Origin: Eledone cirrhosa | Lineage: Eukaryota | Assembly (NCBI GenBank): GCA_964016885.1 | Contig: OZ024741.1 | Location: forward strand, 174,344,001 to 174,408,000 | DNA: 64,000 bases | Direction: 5' to 3' | Shown here: positions 51,540-64,000 of the stretch, piece by piece | Numbering within the stretch: position 1 is the first letter of the stretch | Layout of the letters: the number at the start of each line of letters is the position of its first letter | Made by a program: the position numbers and the translations under genes | The notes under the pieces: model-generated | Databases searched by the model: none | Seen by the model: only the letters and a program-made list of their open reading frames with translations | Told to the model about the DNA's origin: nothing

Positions 51540-52410
51540 AATTTTTGAATTTTTAATTTGAAACAAATATCAAAACAGCAAGACCGGAACGTTTTGCTCT
51601 GAGAGGCACTGAAGACGAACAGATACCCAGCATTTACCATGAATTATCTTAGGAACTGAAAGTGCTGTAGGCATAAGATATTCTTCAATACCTGTTTAAT
51701 GAAATTAAGACACTTCAGCAAAAACATAAATACAGCAATCCACAGAGCCATCTGCAAAGAAGGACTGGACATACAATTAGCTCACTCCAGCCCTTGACTG
51801 AGAGGGCACCTATCTAAAAATTAATCCAGTGGCAACAACAACCAATGCACACTGCCTATTTACCCTATCTGTGACACAGATGTGTGCCTGCAGACACATG
51901 TGGTGTACTACATTGAATGTGACAAATGCAAGGACTTCTACATTGGTAGTAAGACTCAACCACCCAACACCTGCATTAAAGAACAACTTAACACACACAT
52001 CCTCATTCAAAAAACAACATTGAAAAATACAAAAACATAACAGTCAGTACTGAAACCAGAGAGAGAAATGTGGGCAACTTGAAAATAAGGGAAGCATTGA
52101 TTATACGTAAGCTCATCCCACAGATCAACAACAGCACACAATACTTGACATAAAAGGTCACTCCCACACGCACACACAAAATTGACACCAGCAATTTGCT
52201 TCAATTTGTTTCTATGTATGGCAATTGACATCCATCTTCTGCTTTGCACAGATACTACAGCAAATGTCAAAACATAATGATTAAAAGTAATTTTTGAATT
52301 TTAAATTTAGAACAAATATCAAAGTAACAAGCCTGGAGCATTTTGCTTTGAGAGTTCCCCATACTCTGAGGAAGGGATTTTTAAGTCCCAAAATATAAGG
52401 ACGAAAATAA
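51540..52410 (+). mobile_element. Degenerate PLE remnant (GIY-YIG) between ~65-bp direct repeats
   Basis: VCLQTHVVYYIECDKCKDFYIGSKT...IKEQL and LKIREALIIRKLIPQIN. Repeats lie at 51541-51605 and 52290-52354, with a decayed HHR ctgaggaagggat...gtcccaaaatata at ~52366. Confidence 0.75.
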
Positions 52411-52759
52411 AAAATAATAAATTCCAGGTAACACCAAATTTCTTTCTTGCCTTCATTTAAACTAAATTTTACAGTTCATTTCACATTGTCTTAGCCTTCT
52501 TCAAACAAATCATTTTCTATATTATATACTACACACAAGGCAACTACAACATTCTATTAAACAGTTTTGTATCACAGAACCAGAGGCAGTTTCAAGCAGT
52601 TTGGTAACAAAAGGGTTAAACTAGCCACCAAATCTCCCTCAGAAATCTTTCTTTTGTGTCAAAGTTGTAAACCTCAAAATGTGTTTCACTGTTGCACAAT
52701 AAAGACAACAATGGTTTACAGGTGAGAAACACTGATCAAATAGTTGATTAGTTAGCTAC

Positions 52760-52838
52760 CTCTCTCTCACTCATGTCTCGCTTCCAACCTCTTGACTCTC
52801 TCTACATATTTCTCTGCTCCTCTCTAACCCCCTCTCAC

Positions 52839-52914
<76 letters not shown>

Positions 52915-53357
52915 GTCTCTCTTTCCCATGTCTCGCTTTCAAACTCTTGACTCCCTCTGCCTATTTCCCTCGCTCTCTCTGTCTCTCTCTTTCTCTCTCT
53001 CTCTCTTTCTCATGTCTGGCTTCCAAACTCTTGACTCTCTCTCTCGTATCTCTCTCTACCTATTTCTCTGTCTCTCTCTCTTGTCTCTCTTACCCTACCT
53101 CTCTCATGTCTTGCTTCCAGCCTCTTGTCTCAATTTCAACTGGTTAGGGACTGGACTATATGGAACTTTCTACCACTACTGACACCACCACTACTGACAC
53201 CACCACTACTGACACCACCACTACTACTATTGTCACTGCCATCACCTCACACAACCACCATCACAAACACCACCACCACCAACCCTACTACTACTACTAC
53301 TACTGCTGCTGCTTCTACTACTATTACCACTGCCACCGCCACCGCCACCACCACCAT

Positions 53358-53407
<50 letters not shown>

Positions 53408-53560
53408 ATACTACTATTACTACTGTTGCTGCTGCTGCTGCTGCTTCTACTACTATTACCACTGCTGCTGCCACTGCCATCACTACTACTACTACTACTA
53501 CTACTGATGCTGCTGCTGCTGCTACAACTACTACCCCCACCACCAGCCCTACTACTACTG

Positions 53561-53592
<32 letters not shown>

Positions 53593-53637
53593 GCTGCTGC
53601 TACTACTACAACTACTACCACCGCCGTCGCCGCTGCC

Positions 53638-53689
<52 letters not shown>

Positions 53690-53955
53690 GTAGTACTAGT
53701 AGTAGTACTACTACTACTACAGCAGCTACTGCTTCTGCTGCTTCTTCTACAGCTGCTGTTAATACTGCTGCTACTACTACTTTTAATGTTGCTGCTGCTG
53801 CTGCCAAAGATCCAATCATCACCACTACCACCACCACCAAAACATTCCGTGGCACCATGAAAGACACCACCACCACCACCATCACCACCATCACCAACGC
53901 TGCAACCACCACCACCACTGTAACCACCACCACCACCATCATCTCAACCACTACC
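52760..53955. repeat. Compound microsatellite: (CT)n block followed by (ACT/ACC/GCT)n block
   Basis: Read directly from the sequence. Confidence 0.95.
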
Positions 53956-55922
53956 CTGTTTGTGCTTGTGTGTACATGTATGTATGTGTGTAAATATGTT
54001 TGTGCATGTGAGTGTGTTTGTGTGCATGCATGTATGCATGTAAATATATATGTATATGTACATATGCATGAGAATATGTGTATGCATGTGAATGTGTATG
54101 TAGACACATGTTAGTGTTCTGAAGCAGAATAATTTTAAAAAGGGATATTTGTGTTTTCATATTTAAAATGCATGTGCAATGTGCAATGTGCAATGTGCAA
54201 TATGCAGTGTGTAGTGTAACAGACTGCAGTGAACAGTCTGCAGTGCCTACTTCTCATTTTAAAACATGAGAAGTTCTTGTTGACCTTTTTGACATATAAA
54301 AAAAGGATTTGGTTTTAAATTCTCCTCCTTAGCAGGTTATCTTTCTTGTTGCTGCTGAAAATCTCTGCTGAGGCCTTCATTTTCAAAGGTAGAAGAATAG
54401 TGAATGAGAAAGAAAGAAAGAGGAATGCTGTTGTGTTAAATGTAAATCTTAAATTTAATCTTCATTGTAACCTATGTCAAGACAACTCTTTCTTATGAAT
54501 TAAAAGCTAGGCTTAGCTGTGCTGTATGCTGCATGTGTCGTGTAACATTTATAAACTGAATGACAATGAGACTATGGAGTGATATGAATGAAACAAGCTA
54601 GGAATATCTTGGAAATATAAATAGCTAGGAATAAATACTGAAGCAGAAGTATGATGTGATAGAATGTTTCCAGTGTAATAGAGAAAAGGTGTTTTAAAAT
54701 AAGAGTTATTAAAATATGAAGTGAAAACTATTCAAAATACCCTTAAAAAATGTATTTCCAAATGCCATCCATGATTATTAGTTGTAGAGTTAGATCATAT
54801 AAAATTGTATATGGCAAGCAAAGGAAGCCAGATATGCTGCAGGAAATGATGATTAACCCTTTCATTAGCATATTTTTAATAAAATACACTATATTTCAAT
54901 TAATTACTGAAGAATTTGGAGAGATTTAGTAAAATTATTTCAATTATTAAGATGGTATTTCTAACATAAGCAAAGGTTCTTGTGGGAAATTATGCTGAGA
55001 GGTTTTGATTTTATATCAAAACCATTTACAATGGGTGGATTTCATCCATAGAAGGAGAGGCAGTTTTGGACAGGAATGTTTGGTGGCAGTGTAGTGATGA
55101 TGAGAATAATTAACCAGTGATAGTGGAGGGGGTATGGCTAGGGTGGGGTGCGATGCACAAGGATGTTGACAGTAGCTACTAAGGTGTAATAGTGAGGATA
55201 GGTACTAAGGATTTTAGATGTGATGGTGAGAATAGCTAATGAGTGATAGTGTATGGGGGCACGGATAGGGTCGGTGTACAATTGCGACGAAGATAGCTAC
55301 TAAAGATTCTTAGTGGAAGTAGGGGCTCATGGGGCTAGGGTGTCAGGTCTCATATTATACTAATATGTGGGTCTCTTCCAATACAGCATGTTGCCAATTC
55401 TCACAGTCCTTCATAATCTTTCTAAAGGTTGATCTTCACTATCTCATCCCAAGTCCTAGATCTACTTCTTCTGTGGATTCCAACCATTGATATTTCTCTG
55501 TATTTTTTTATATTGCTGTCATCTTCCATATGCATCATATGTCCATAGCAGAGATATGAAAATGTGATGCATATGGTGGATGACAGCCTATTCTTACCCT
55601 AGCTATCACACTTTCAGAGCATCCTCTCCAACTACTGATTAGATCACCAAAGTAACAAAGGCTGTAAATAACTTCTGAGGGAATTTATTTTGCATGTGCT
55701 CTAAGTCTGTAATACATCTCTTGCGCATCCATAGATTACACGGTGTGCATCTTATGAAATTTCTGCCTACACTTTTTCGACATAGTGCACAGTAGGATCA
55801 AAGCTGGAAACATTTGATTACAAAGCTAACTTCTTAACCCTGTAGTCATGCATGTCACCAAGAACTTCTTGCCAGTGGGTAGTGCCTGAGCTCTAACATA
55901 GAGAAGAAGACTTATAATGCCT

Positions 55923-56314
55923 TTAACCCTTTACCATTTACTCTATATTTACTATTATATTTTCATGGTAAAGGCTTTACCTTACATAATTATCTCACAT
56001 AATATTGAATCTATGAGATTTTGATATTATTTATTTTGAGAACAATACCTTAAAATCAGTATGAGCGCCCAATAATGGCCGGTTTGAACAGAAAGAGGTG
56101 AGAGAAATCTGGTCGGATACAGCCAGTTTAAATGCTAAAGTGGTAATCATATCTATTAATAATTTTACATATTTCTTTATAATGAATCTTTATGTTTAGT
56201 TTGGAACAAAATCATTCTAGAGACCAATGTTTCTAGAACATCTAGGTGACAACTGGATGAAAGAGGTGAAAGAATTATGGCCAGATATAGCCGGTTTAAA
56301 TGCTAACGGGTTAA
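55923..56314. mobile_element. piggyBac-like MITE
   Basis: TTAA-ccctttaccattta...taaatgctaacggg-TTAA, with an internal duplicate of the right subterminal segment (56090-56145). Confidence 0.65.
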
Positions 56315-56992
56315 GTTACACAGAAGTCGAAGAACATTCATGTTGTATTGTATAAATGTATAACTCGTAATGCTACTGATTTCAAACTTCATCTGATTAC
56401 TTATGACTATATTGTTTATTGTAGTTTTATTTTACCAATGGCTTCTAGTGATTTTGGTGTTGGACTTGTGATCATAATGTCATGAGTTCGAATCCTGGAG
56501 ATGGTGGTGCATTGTGTTCCTTTCACATTACTCCAATACACTCAGTTGAAAATCAGTACCAACAGTAGCTGGGGGTTAACTTTGCAATGGAGTGGCATTC
56601 TGACCAGGAGAAAGTATTGTACTCTTAGTTACTTAATACTGTCATTGTACGTAAAAGGAGAGTAAGATTTGCTGACCACTGCCATCGTGCCACCTATGAG
56701 GCTGTGTCCCCATTAGTGCTTTGGAAACCACAAGCAGTCACTAATAACAGGGGGCGCAAGCTCTCCTATCCCGATGTCATCTCCAGAGATTCTGGTATTG
56801 AAATCCAGGATTTGGCAGCAGCAATGAATGACAGACCCATGAGGAGATGATCAATTGTTGAGTCGATTTCGGCTGAGGCCACCAGATGATGATGATGATG
56901 AATACTGATAAAACTGAGATAAGAACTGACCTGATAAATGTCCATACTTAGGACATTTTACCTTAACACACAGGAGATTATTATTATCATTA

Positions 56993-57213
56993 GTGGTGGA
57001 TTGGCAGTATCGACAGATTGTTGAACAACATGCTTTTCAGCATAGAGTTACGGCCCTTTACATTCTGAGTTCAAATCCTGCCGAGGTTAGCTTTGCCTTT
57101 CATCCTTATAGGGTCAGTAAAATAAAGTACTAGTAACACATTGGGGTCGATTTAATCGACTTTCCCCTCCCCTTCAAATTGCTGGCCTTGTGCCTAAAGT
57201 AGAAACAATTATT
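56993..57213 (+). mobile_element. tRNA-derived SINE, family A (also 61517-61704 - and partial 63968-64000 -)
   Basis: A/B boxes and conserved core. Flanking attattatcattagtg/attattatcactagtg form a TSD. Confidence 0.85.
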
Positions 57214-58719
57214 ATCACTAGTGAACCAGTTCCTTCAATACTGGTGACAATAGCATCGAATACATTTACATTTTGGAGTCCAGGATTGGTATGGCATATA
57301 TATACCAGGATTAGTGGATGTATGAACAATCATACAAACTGGGAAATTTGTGTTTGGATAAATATATGGTTGACATAAGAAACTCTTTCATTTATGTTGA
57401 TTACTAACATGTGTAAGTGATTAAAAATAGCATGTTATTTTGACAATCTATTTCTTGGGTATAATTATACAAATGTTTTGCATGTATTTCCAAATGACAT
57501 ACAGGATTAAATGTATGAGTAACTTCAAAAAAATAACTATTTACAGGGACAAATGTAGGATTAAAATGCAAGACCCATGTGATTAGAAAGCAAACTTCTT
57601 ACTATAGCAACATAGATGAGGTAGGAAATGCATTGTAAGTATGTTTGTGTGTGTATATTTGAAAGAGTTATTGAGAGAGATACATATATTAAATATACAA
57701 ACACATGTGGCATATTATTATGGTTTATTGATTCAGCTGATTTGGAGTAAATATTGAAAGATTCATTTGTTAAAGCATATAGGTTGTTAGATGAAAATAT
57801 TAATGTCTACTGATGATATAAAAAAAAGGAATTCAGCAACATTGGCTCATGTATGTTACATATTATCCTCTATTTTCTTTTGAATCAGACTTGGTTTCAA
57901 TGTTTATTCTTTTATTCTTTAACTGGTTCTAGTCATTAGACCACAGCCGGGCTGCAGCATTGCCTTAATTTATTCAATCATATTGATCGCCCAGTATCTT
58001 TTTTTTCATTTATGTTGAACTACTAAGTTAAAGGACATAAACACTGACACAGACATATATATACAACAGGTTTCTGCAGTTTCTGTCAACCAAATTCCTT
58101 TCACAAAGCATTGGTCAACCGAAACTATAGTAGGAGACACTTGCCCAAGGTACTTCACACTGTGACTGAAACCTAGAACTATGTGGTTATAAAGTGAACT
58201 CCTTAACCACACAACCATGCCTGCTCTTCATTTACTTATATTTTTATGACTGTTGCATATACGTAATTTTATTTGACAAGATTTAAGATATAATTAATAG
58301 AGATGTAGATATATAATTATAGTTTTTGAATTGGAAATTTTGTTTTGGAAAATAATGAACTGTAAACACACTTTCTATAATTCCCTCAGTGCATAGAAAA
58401 AACATAAGAATTTATCTCCATGCATTTCCGAAAGTACATTTGCACTTCATTCCTTTCACAGTGAGACTTCTAATTCAAAAACTGAAGTTATATCTATATT
58501 AAATTTATCAACTCTTTTGTGGATAAAGATGGTGGTGGTTGTGATGGTAATGGTGGTAGATAGTGATGATCCATCAAAATTGATAAGAAAAGGGAAAGTG
58601 GGAACATGGAGAAAAAAAATCATTAATATTATGGGGGAATGCTTGAAAAAATTATTTTATTAAAAATATATATTTTAGTTAGAATAATACATGAATGTCA
58701 ATGTGTCCATTTCAAATTT

Positions 58720-59965
58720 CTTTAAATACTAACTTTTCCTACCTTTAAAACCTTCCCAGCATATATTTGCTTTTTATGAAGACATTTACAACAATATGAT
58801 TATATTCTCTTCTTTTCAATATAATGTATAGTTGTACATTGGTTTGGTTCAGTGATTGTTGTTGTAACATGGTAACCTTTCTTCATTATATAAATCTATA
58901 CATATATAAAGAAAGGCATTTAAAACAAAATAATTCTATTCTTCTTGTTGATGCATTTTAAAGTTATATGACTGGGTTGGTTATATGATTGTTGTTGTAA
59001 CTTTAAGACCTTTGTTATTCCCCATATTTCCCAGCATCAAAGATTCTCTGATGTCATGAATACACTCCCATTTCGAGTTGTTAAATTTTGAAACAAAAAA
59101 CAAAAATTCAATAACTAACATAACCTTCAGCCTCCAAGATACACAGTAAATATTTCAGAGTTATTTTGGAAAAAACACTGTCTTTTATAGTATATTTATC
59201 TTTTATTGAGACATTTATAACAAAACAACTTATATATTGTTTTCTTCTCTTCTAAAGTTGTACATTGACTTTGTCAAATGAGTGCTCCTGTCAGTTTAAT
59301 ACCTTTCCTAGTAATATTTATATTTTACGAAGACATTTATAACAAAATAGTTTTATGCTCTTCTCTTTAATATAAAGTTGTACACTGCCTTGGTTAAATG
59401 GTTGCTTTTGTGACTTTAAAACCTTTCCTAGTTATGTTTATATTTGATGAAAATATACATAGCTAAACAATTCAGTACTCTTCTCTTTAATACAATATAC
59501 AGTTGTACACTAACTTGGTTAAATGATTGCTCTTGTGACTTTAAAACCTTACCTGGCTGTTTAATTCTTTTATCAAGATATCCACAACAAAATGATCTTA
59601 TCTTTAATATGTTGTAAAGTTGTACATTAGCTTCATTAAGTGGTTGTGGTTTTAAAATCTTTCTTGTATGTATAATTCTTTTATGAAGGTATTTATAACA
59701 TAATGATTTCATGCTCTCCTTTTTATAGCAATATGTAGTTGTACATTGACTTAGTTATATGATCTCTGTCGTGACATGGTTGCTTTTCCTAGCTATATTT
59801 ATCTTTTATGAAGGCATTTATAATAAAATGGTTTATACTCTTCTCTTTAATGAATTTTATAGTTGTACTCTAACTTGGTTAAATGATTTCTGCTGTGAAA
59901 CTATGACCTTTCCTAGCTTCATAATTCATTTATTAAGATATTTACAACAAAATCATTGTATACAT
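58720..59965. repeat. Diverged ~120-bp tandem repeat, ~9 copies
   Basis: agttgtacattgacttggttaaatgattg...gacatttataacaaaat recurs at ~58830, 58942, 59256, 59377, 59501, 59618, 59737 and 59861. Confidence 0.8.
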
Positions 59966-61335
59966 TTCTTTTTAAACCATTTGTGACCATATTTCTAATA
60001 AAATACAGTTTTATTTCAATGAAGAATGTTAAGGGATTTACTAAAATTATTAATTATTTCATTACTAAGACACCAACTTAATATATGGTTCTTATATAAA
60101 ATTATGTTGGAAGATTATAATTTAAAATGGGAGATTTGTTTAATAGAACCGGGTCCTGTTTTGGCTGAATTACTATCAAAAAGGTCAATGCCACAATCAT
60201 ACCTGTCGTTCACTCATATATACCAAATCAAACCTGACAGCCATTTCTGTACCAATCTATCTTTATTGGCTGGCCAGCAGTTACGATGATGAGTGTTCCA
60301 GTTGATACAATCAACGGAACATTCTGCTCATGAAATTAACGTGCAAGTGGCTGAGTATTCGAAGCATACATATACCCTTAATGTAGTTCTCAGGGATATT
60401 GAGCATTACCCAGGGAGTGATAAGGCTAGCCCTTTGAAGTACTGAAACAACTAATCTTTTGCCAGCTGAGAAGACTGAAGCAATGTGAAATAAAGTGTCT
60501 TGCTCAAGGACACAATTTATTACTGGGAATCGAACCCATGACATTATGATCATGAGCCAAACACCCTAACCACTAAGCCACATGGCTATCTATAATCACC
60601 TTAATCAACTTTATTTACTTTACTCTTTTACACTTTCATTCTCCTTCAGTATCTATTTGTAGATATTTTCAGCACACATTGAAAGAGAAACACACTTTCC
60701 TATTTTATTTTCTTCAATAGTTCTTCTTCAATGAGTTAAGAAGCTATTCCAAAGATAGCTTTGTTTAGACATTTCTCACTGAGAATGGTTAGTCTTCACA
60801 TAAAACAGAAAAATTGGTAAAATTGGTATCTGTTGAAACATTCATCTTGAGAATCTCTGATACTTCATTTGTCTGTTTGTCAGCCACCAATGTCAGCAGA
60901 TGGCTCTAAATTCTACAAGAAAACAAAATATCTTAACTTCATCAATTACTCAGGTTTCAATCTCCTGGGAATAGAATTACACCTTCCTTCAACCGTCCCT
61001 CACTCCTTCTCTGCCAAATAACTAAAAGGTGTGGTTGTTGATTAAATGATGTTGAATGACTGTTTGCTACTGTGTACAGATGGTTGGTGTATATATAAAC
61101 ATAGATACATATACAGGGTGTCCCCCCAAAAATGTATACATATATTTATTAGAATACTGTTGAAGTTTATATACACTTTTTGGTGATACCATGTATATAA
61201 ACATACATATATACATAGATACATACATGCATAGATACATACATACACATGTATAAGTATAGAAACTTGTATATGTCCACATATAACTAAAAAAATCAGA
61301 TCCACACATGTGATGACATCCATACCTGAACACAG

Positions 61336-61401
<66 letters not shown>

Positions 61402-63570
61402 ATACACACATACATGCAGACAGACATAATGACCAAGTTGATGTCTAAATTCCAATGAAAGAGTCATGTCTCTGTTAGAAACTGGCTATCTCTCTATTGG
61501 TGAAAATTTATAAAATAATTGTTTCTACTTTAGGCACAAGGCCAGAAATTACCCAGTACATTACTGGTACTTTATTTTATCGACCCTGTAAGGATGAAAG
61601 GCAAAGTTAACCTCGGCGGGATTTGAACTCAGACTGTAAAGGGACGTAACTATGCTAGAAAGCATGGCGTCCAACCCTCTACCGATACTGCCAATTCACC
61701 ACCCTTAAATTTATAAAATAATAAAACCAGAACATACATACATGTATGGTGGCTGCCAACTCGTTTTCGAGTACGGCCACTACTTTATATCCATGTAGGA
61801 GAACCCCTACCGATGCGCTGAACGAGTGTGACTTTTTAGTCCAGCCAGCGACTTGAAAACTCTGGTACAAACACTACACTTGTGACAATTATTGACACAT
61901 AGTGCTGGGCCCATGGTACCATGTGACGACAAGTGCAGAGAGATCTCCAGATATAAAGCAATGCCTGTGCCGTGAAGCTTTTATAGTGAGCAAAGGCACT
62001 GCACAAAGCCAGTCCCACTCTCTTAACCAAGATGATATTTACCAAAAAGAAGAACAAGTCAACATCATTGGATACCATCAGGGTTGCAGGTGCTATATTA
62101 GAGTTTTCCTTCTCCTAGAATTCTGCCTTGACAAAGGCTAAGGGGTCATCTCTCCCACATATATACATGTATACATACATGTATACATGCATATATACAC
62201 ACCTATATACATACCTTCAGATTTATGTCTGTGATTATTGGGGCACTGGGGTATGTTAGTAACTGCCTCAATACAAAACTTGAGAAGCTAGGCTTCACAG
62301 GAACAGAAAGAACACAACTAGTTAGGAAATTACAAGTACAACCCATTAATGGAACAGTAAAAATATGTAAAACATTCCAAAAATTTTGCATCTAATAACT
62401 GCATATACACAAGTACAGATACAAAGCATATACACATGCACACATACAACTCAAAACATATACATCCACACATACAATAACATCCATACCTACACATACA
62501 TGCATACATACATATCTACCTAGTTGATGTTGTGTAAATTCCAATGAGAGAGTCTTGTGTCTATGTTAGAAACTGACTCTCTCTCTATTGGTAAAACTTT
62601 GTGAAATTATAAAACCAGAAGAACATACATACACACACACACACACATACATACATACATACATACATACATACATACATACATACATACATACATACAT
62701 ACATACATACATACATACATACATACATACATACATACATGATATCGTATGCTCCCGTAACTCTTGATGGAGTTGTAGGGGCACCATATTGACACATGGC
62801 ATCTCTTGGGCTTTTTAGCTTGGCAGAGCCCCATCTCTCTCCATGCCTGAGTACAGCAAATTTCTTCCAGAGAAGGATAGAAAGTATGAGAGAGGAAATG
62901 AGAAAGGGATATATAGGAAGAATCAACACAGTACTAGACTGGTACTTTTTTATCGACCTTGAAAGGATGAAATGCAAAGTTGACCTTGGCAAGATTTGAA
63001 CTCAAGGAGCGGAGAGCTGAAATGAATACCACAAAACACTCTATCTGATGTTCAATTCGATGCCTTCATAATGCATTTACATACATATATACACTTGTAT
63101 AGATATAGGATGTTGCACAATTACACCTCTCAAAGGCGATGACACAGAACCGAGATCTCTGGTGTTATGCAGTAATATAGAAGACTCACTTTACAATGAG
63201 CACAGGCTGAAGCATACATCTAGTATGCACCACCTTGCCTCCATCCATCTTTCTATACACCTCCCACATCCTAACACCCCACTCATGTTCTAACATTCTG
63301 CCTCACACACATGCCCCTATACCTACCTCCCTAATCCCTACACACCTCCCCCTACCAGAGCCCCTAGCACACACTGTAAAGTGGTCATGTTGGTATTATG
63401 ACAAGAAGCCCCCAGCACACACTGTAGATGTGGTTGGCATTAGGAAGGGCATCGAGCCATAGAAACCAAGCCAAAATCAGTTCTATATGAGCAAAACATG
63501 GTCACTTGACCCAACTTGCCTCAAATAGGACAACCCGTCTAGCCCGTGCTAGCGTGGTAAATCGTGTTAA

Positions 63571-63609
<39 letters not shown>

Positions 63610-64000
63610 TATATGTGCACATAAACTCAAAACATACATACCCACACATGCAATGGCATCCATATCTGCACACACACAAACAACACACACACACACACAT
63701 GTATACACACACACACATGTATACACACACACAAACACATACATACATAATGACTTAGTTGATCTTGTTTAAATTACACTGAAAGAGATATGTCTCTGTG
63801 TTAGAAACTGGCTATTTTTCCATTAGTTGCAAATTAAAAAAAAACAAACAGAAGAACATACATACACATATAAACACATACATAAATACATATATACATA
63901 CATACATTCACATATAAATATATAAATGTGGGTGCATGCATATATACATATGTGTATACATAGATAAATAATTGTTTCTACTTTAGGCACAAGGCCAGCA

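Noticed and set aside
53125-54114. 329-aa Thr/Ala-rich mucin-like ORF and overlapping poly-V/poly-L ORFs
   Set aside because: It is a translation of a trinucleotide microsatellite running into CA/TG repeats, open in several frames with no domain.
60874-61021. Acceptor-like tttgtcag followed by a 43-codon ATG ORF
   Set aside because: No recognisable homology or convincing donor site, so it cannot be distinguished from chance.

Overview
AT-rich, microsatellite-dense eukaryotic DNA. The repeat families look like those of a coleoid cephalopod such as Octopus, but that is an inference. I could not support any host protein-coding gene. The window is almost entirely transposon-derived. It contains a young Neptune-type Penelope-like element (PLE; RT plus GIY-YIG) with a ~2.4 kb inverted second copy (22993-29016), three older PLE remnants, RTE-clade LINEs (two with a C4HC3 PHD-like finger inside the RT C-terminal region), CRE-like RLE-endonuclease LINE fragments, several tRNA-derived SINE families, hAT/Tc1/piggyBac-like MITEs, minisatellites and a 200-N gap. 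The main unexplained structure is a series of short foldback (inverted-repeat) inserts, mostly sitting in or beside (TA)n tracts. At least seven unrelated ones carry Type I hammerhead ribozyme (HHR) motifs or half-motifs, as do the pseudo-LTRs of the young PLE and one direct-repeat insert. Two independent HHRs show a compensatory U3-A8 core in place of C3-G8. All coordinates and folds were read by eye and are approximate.
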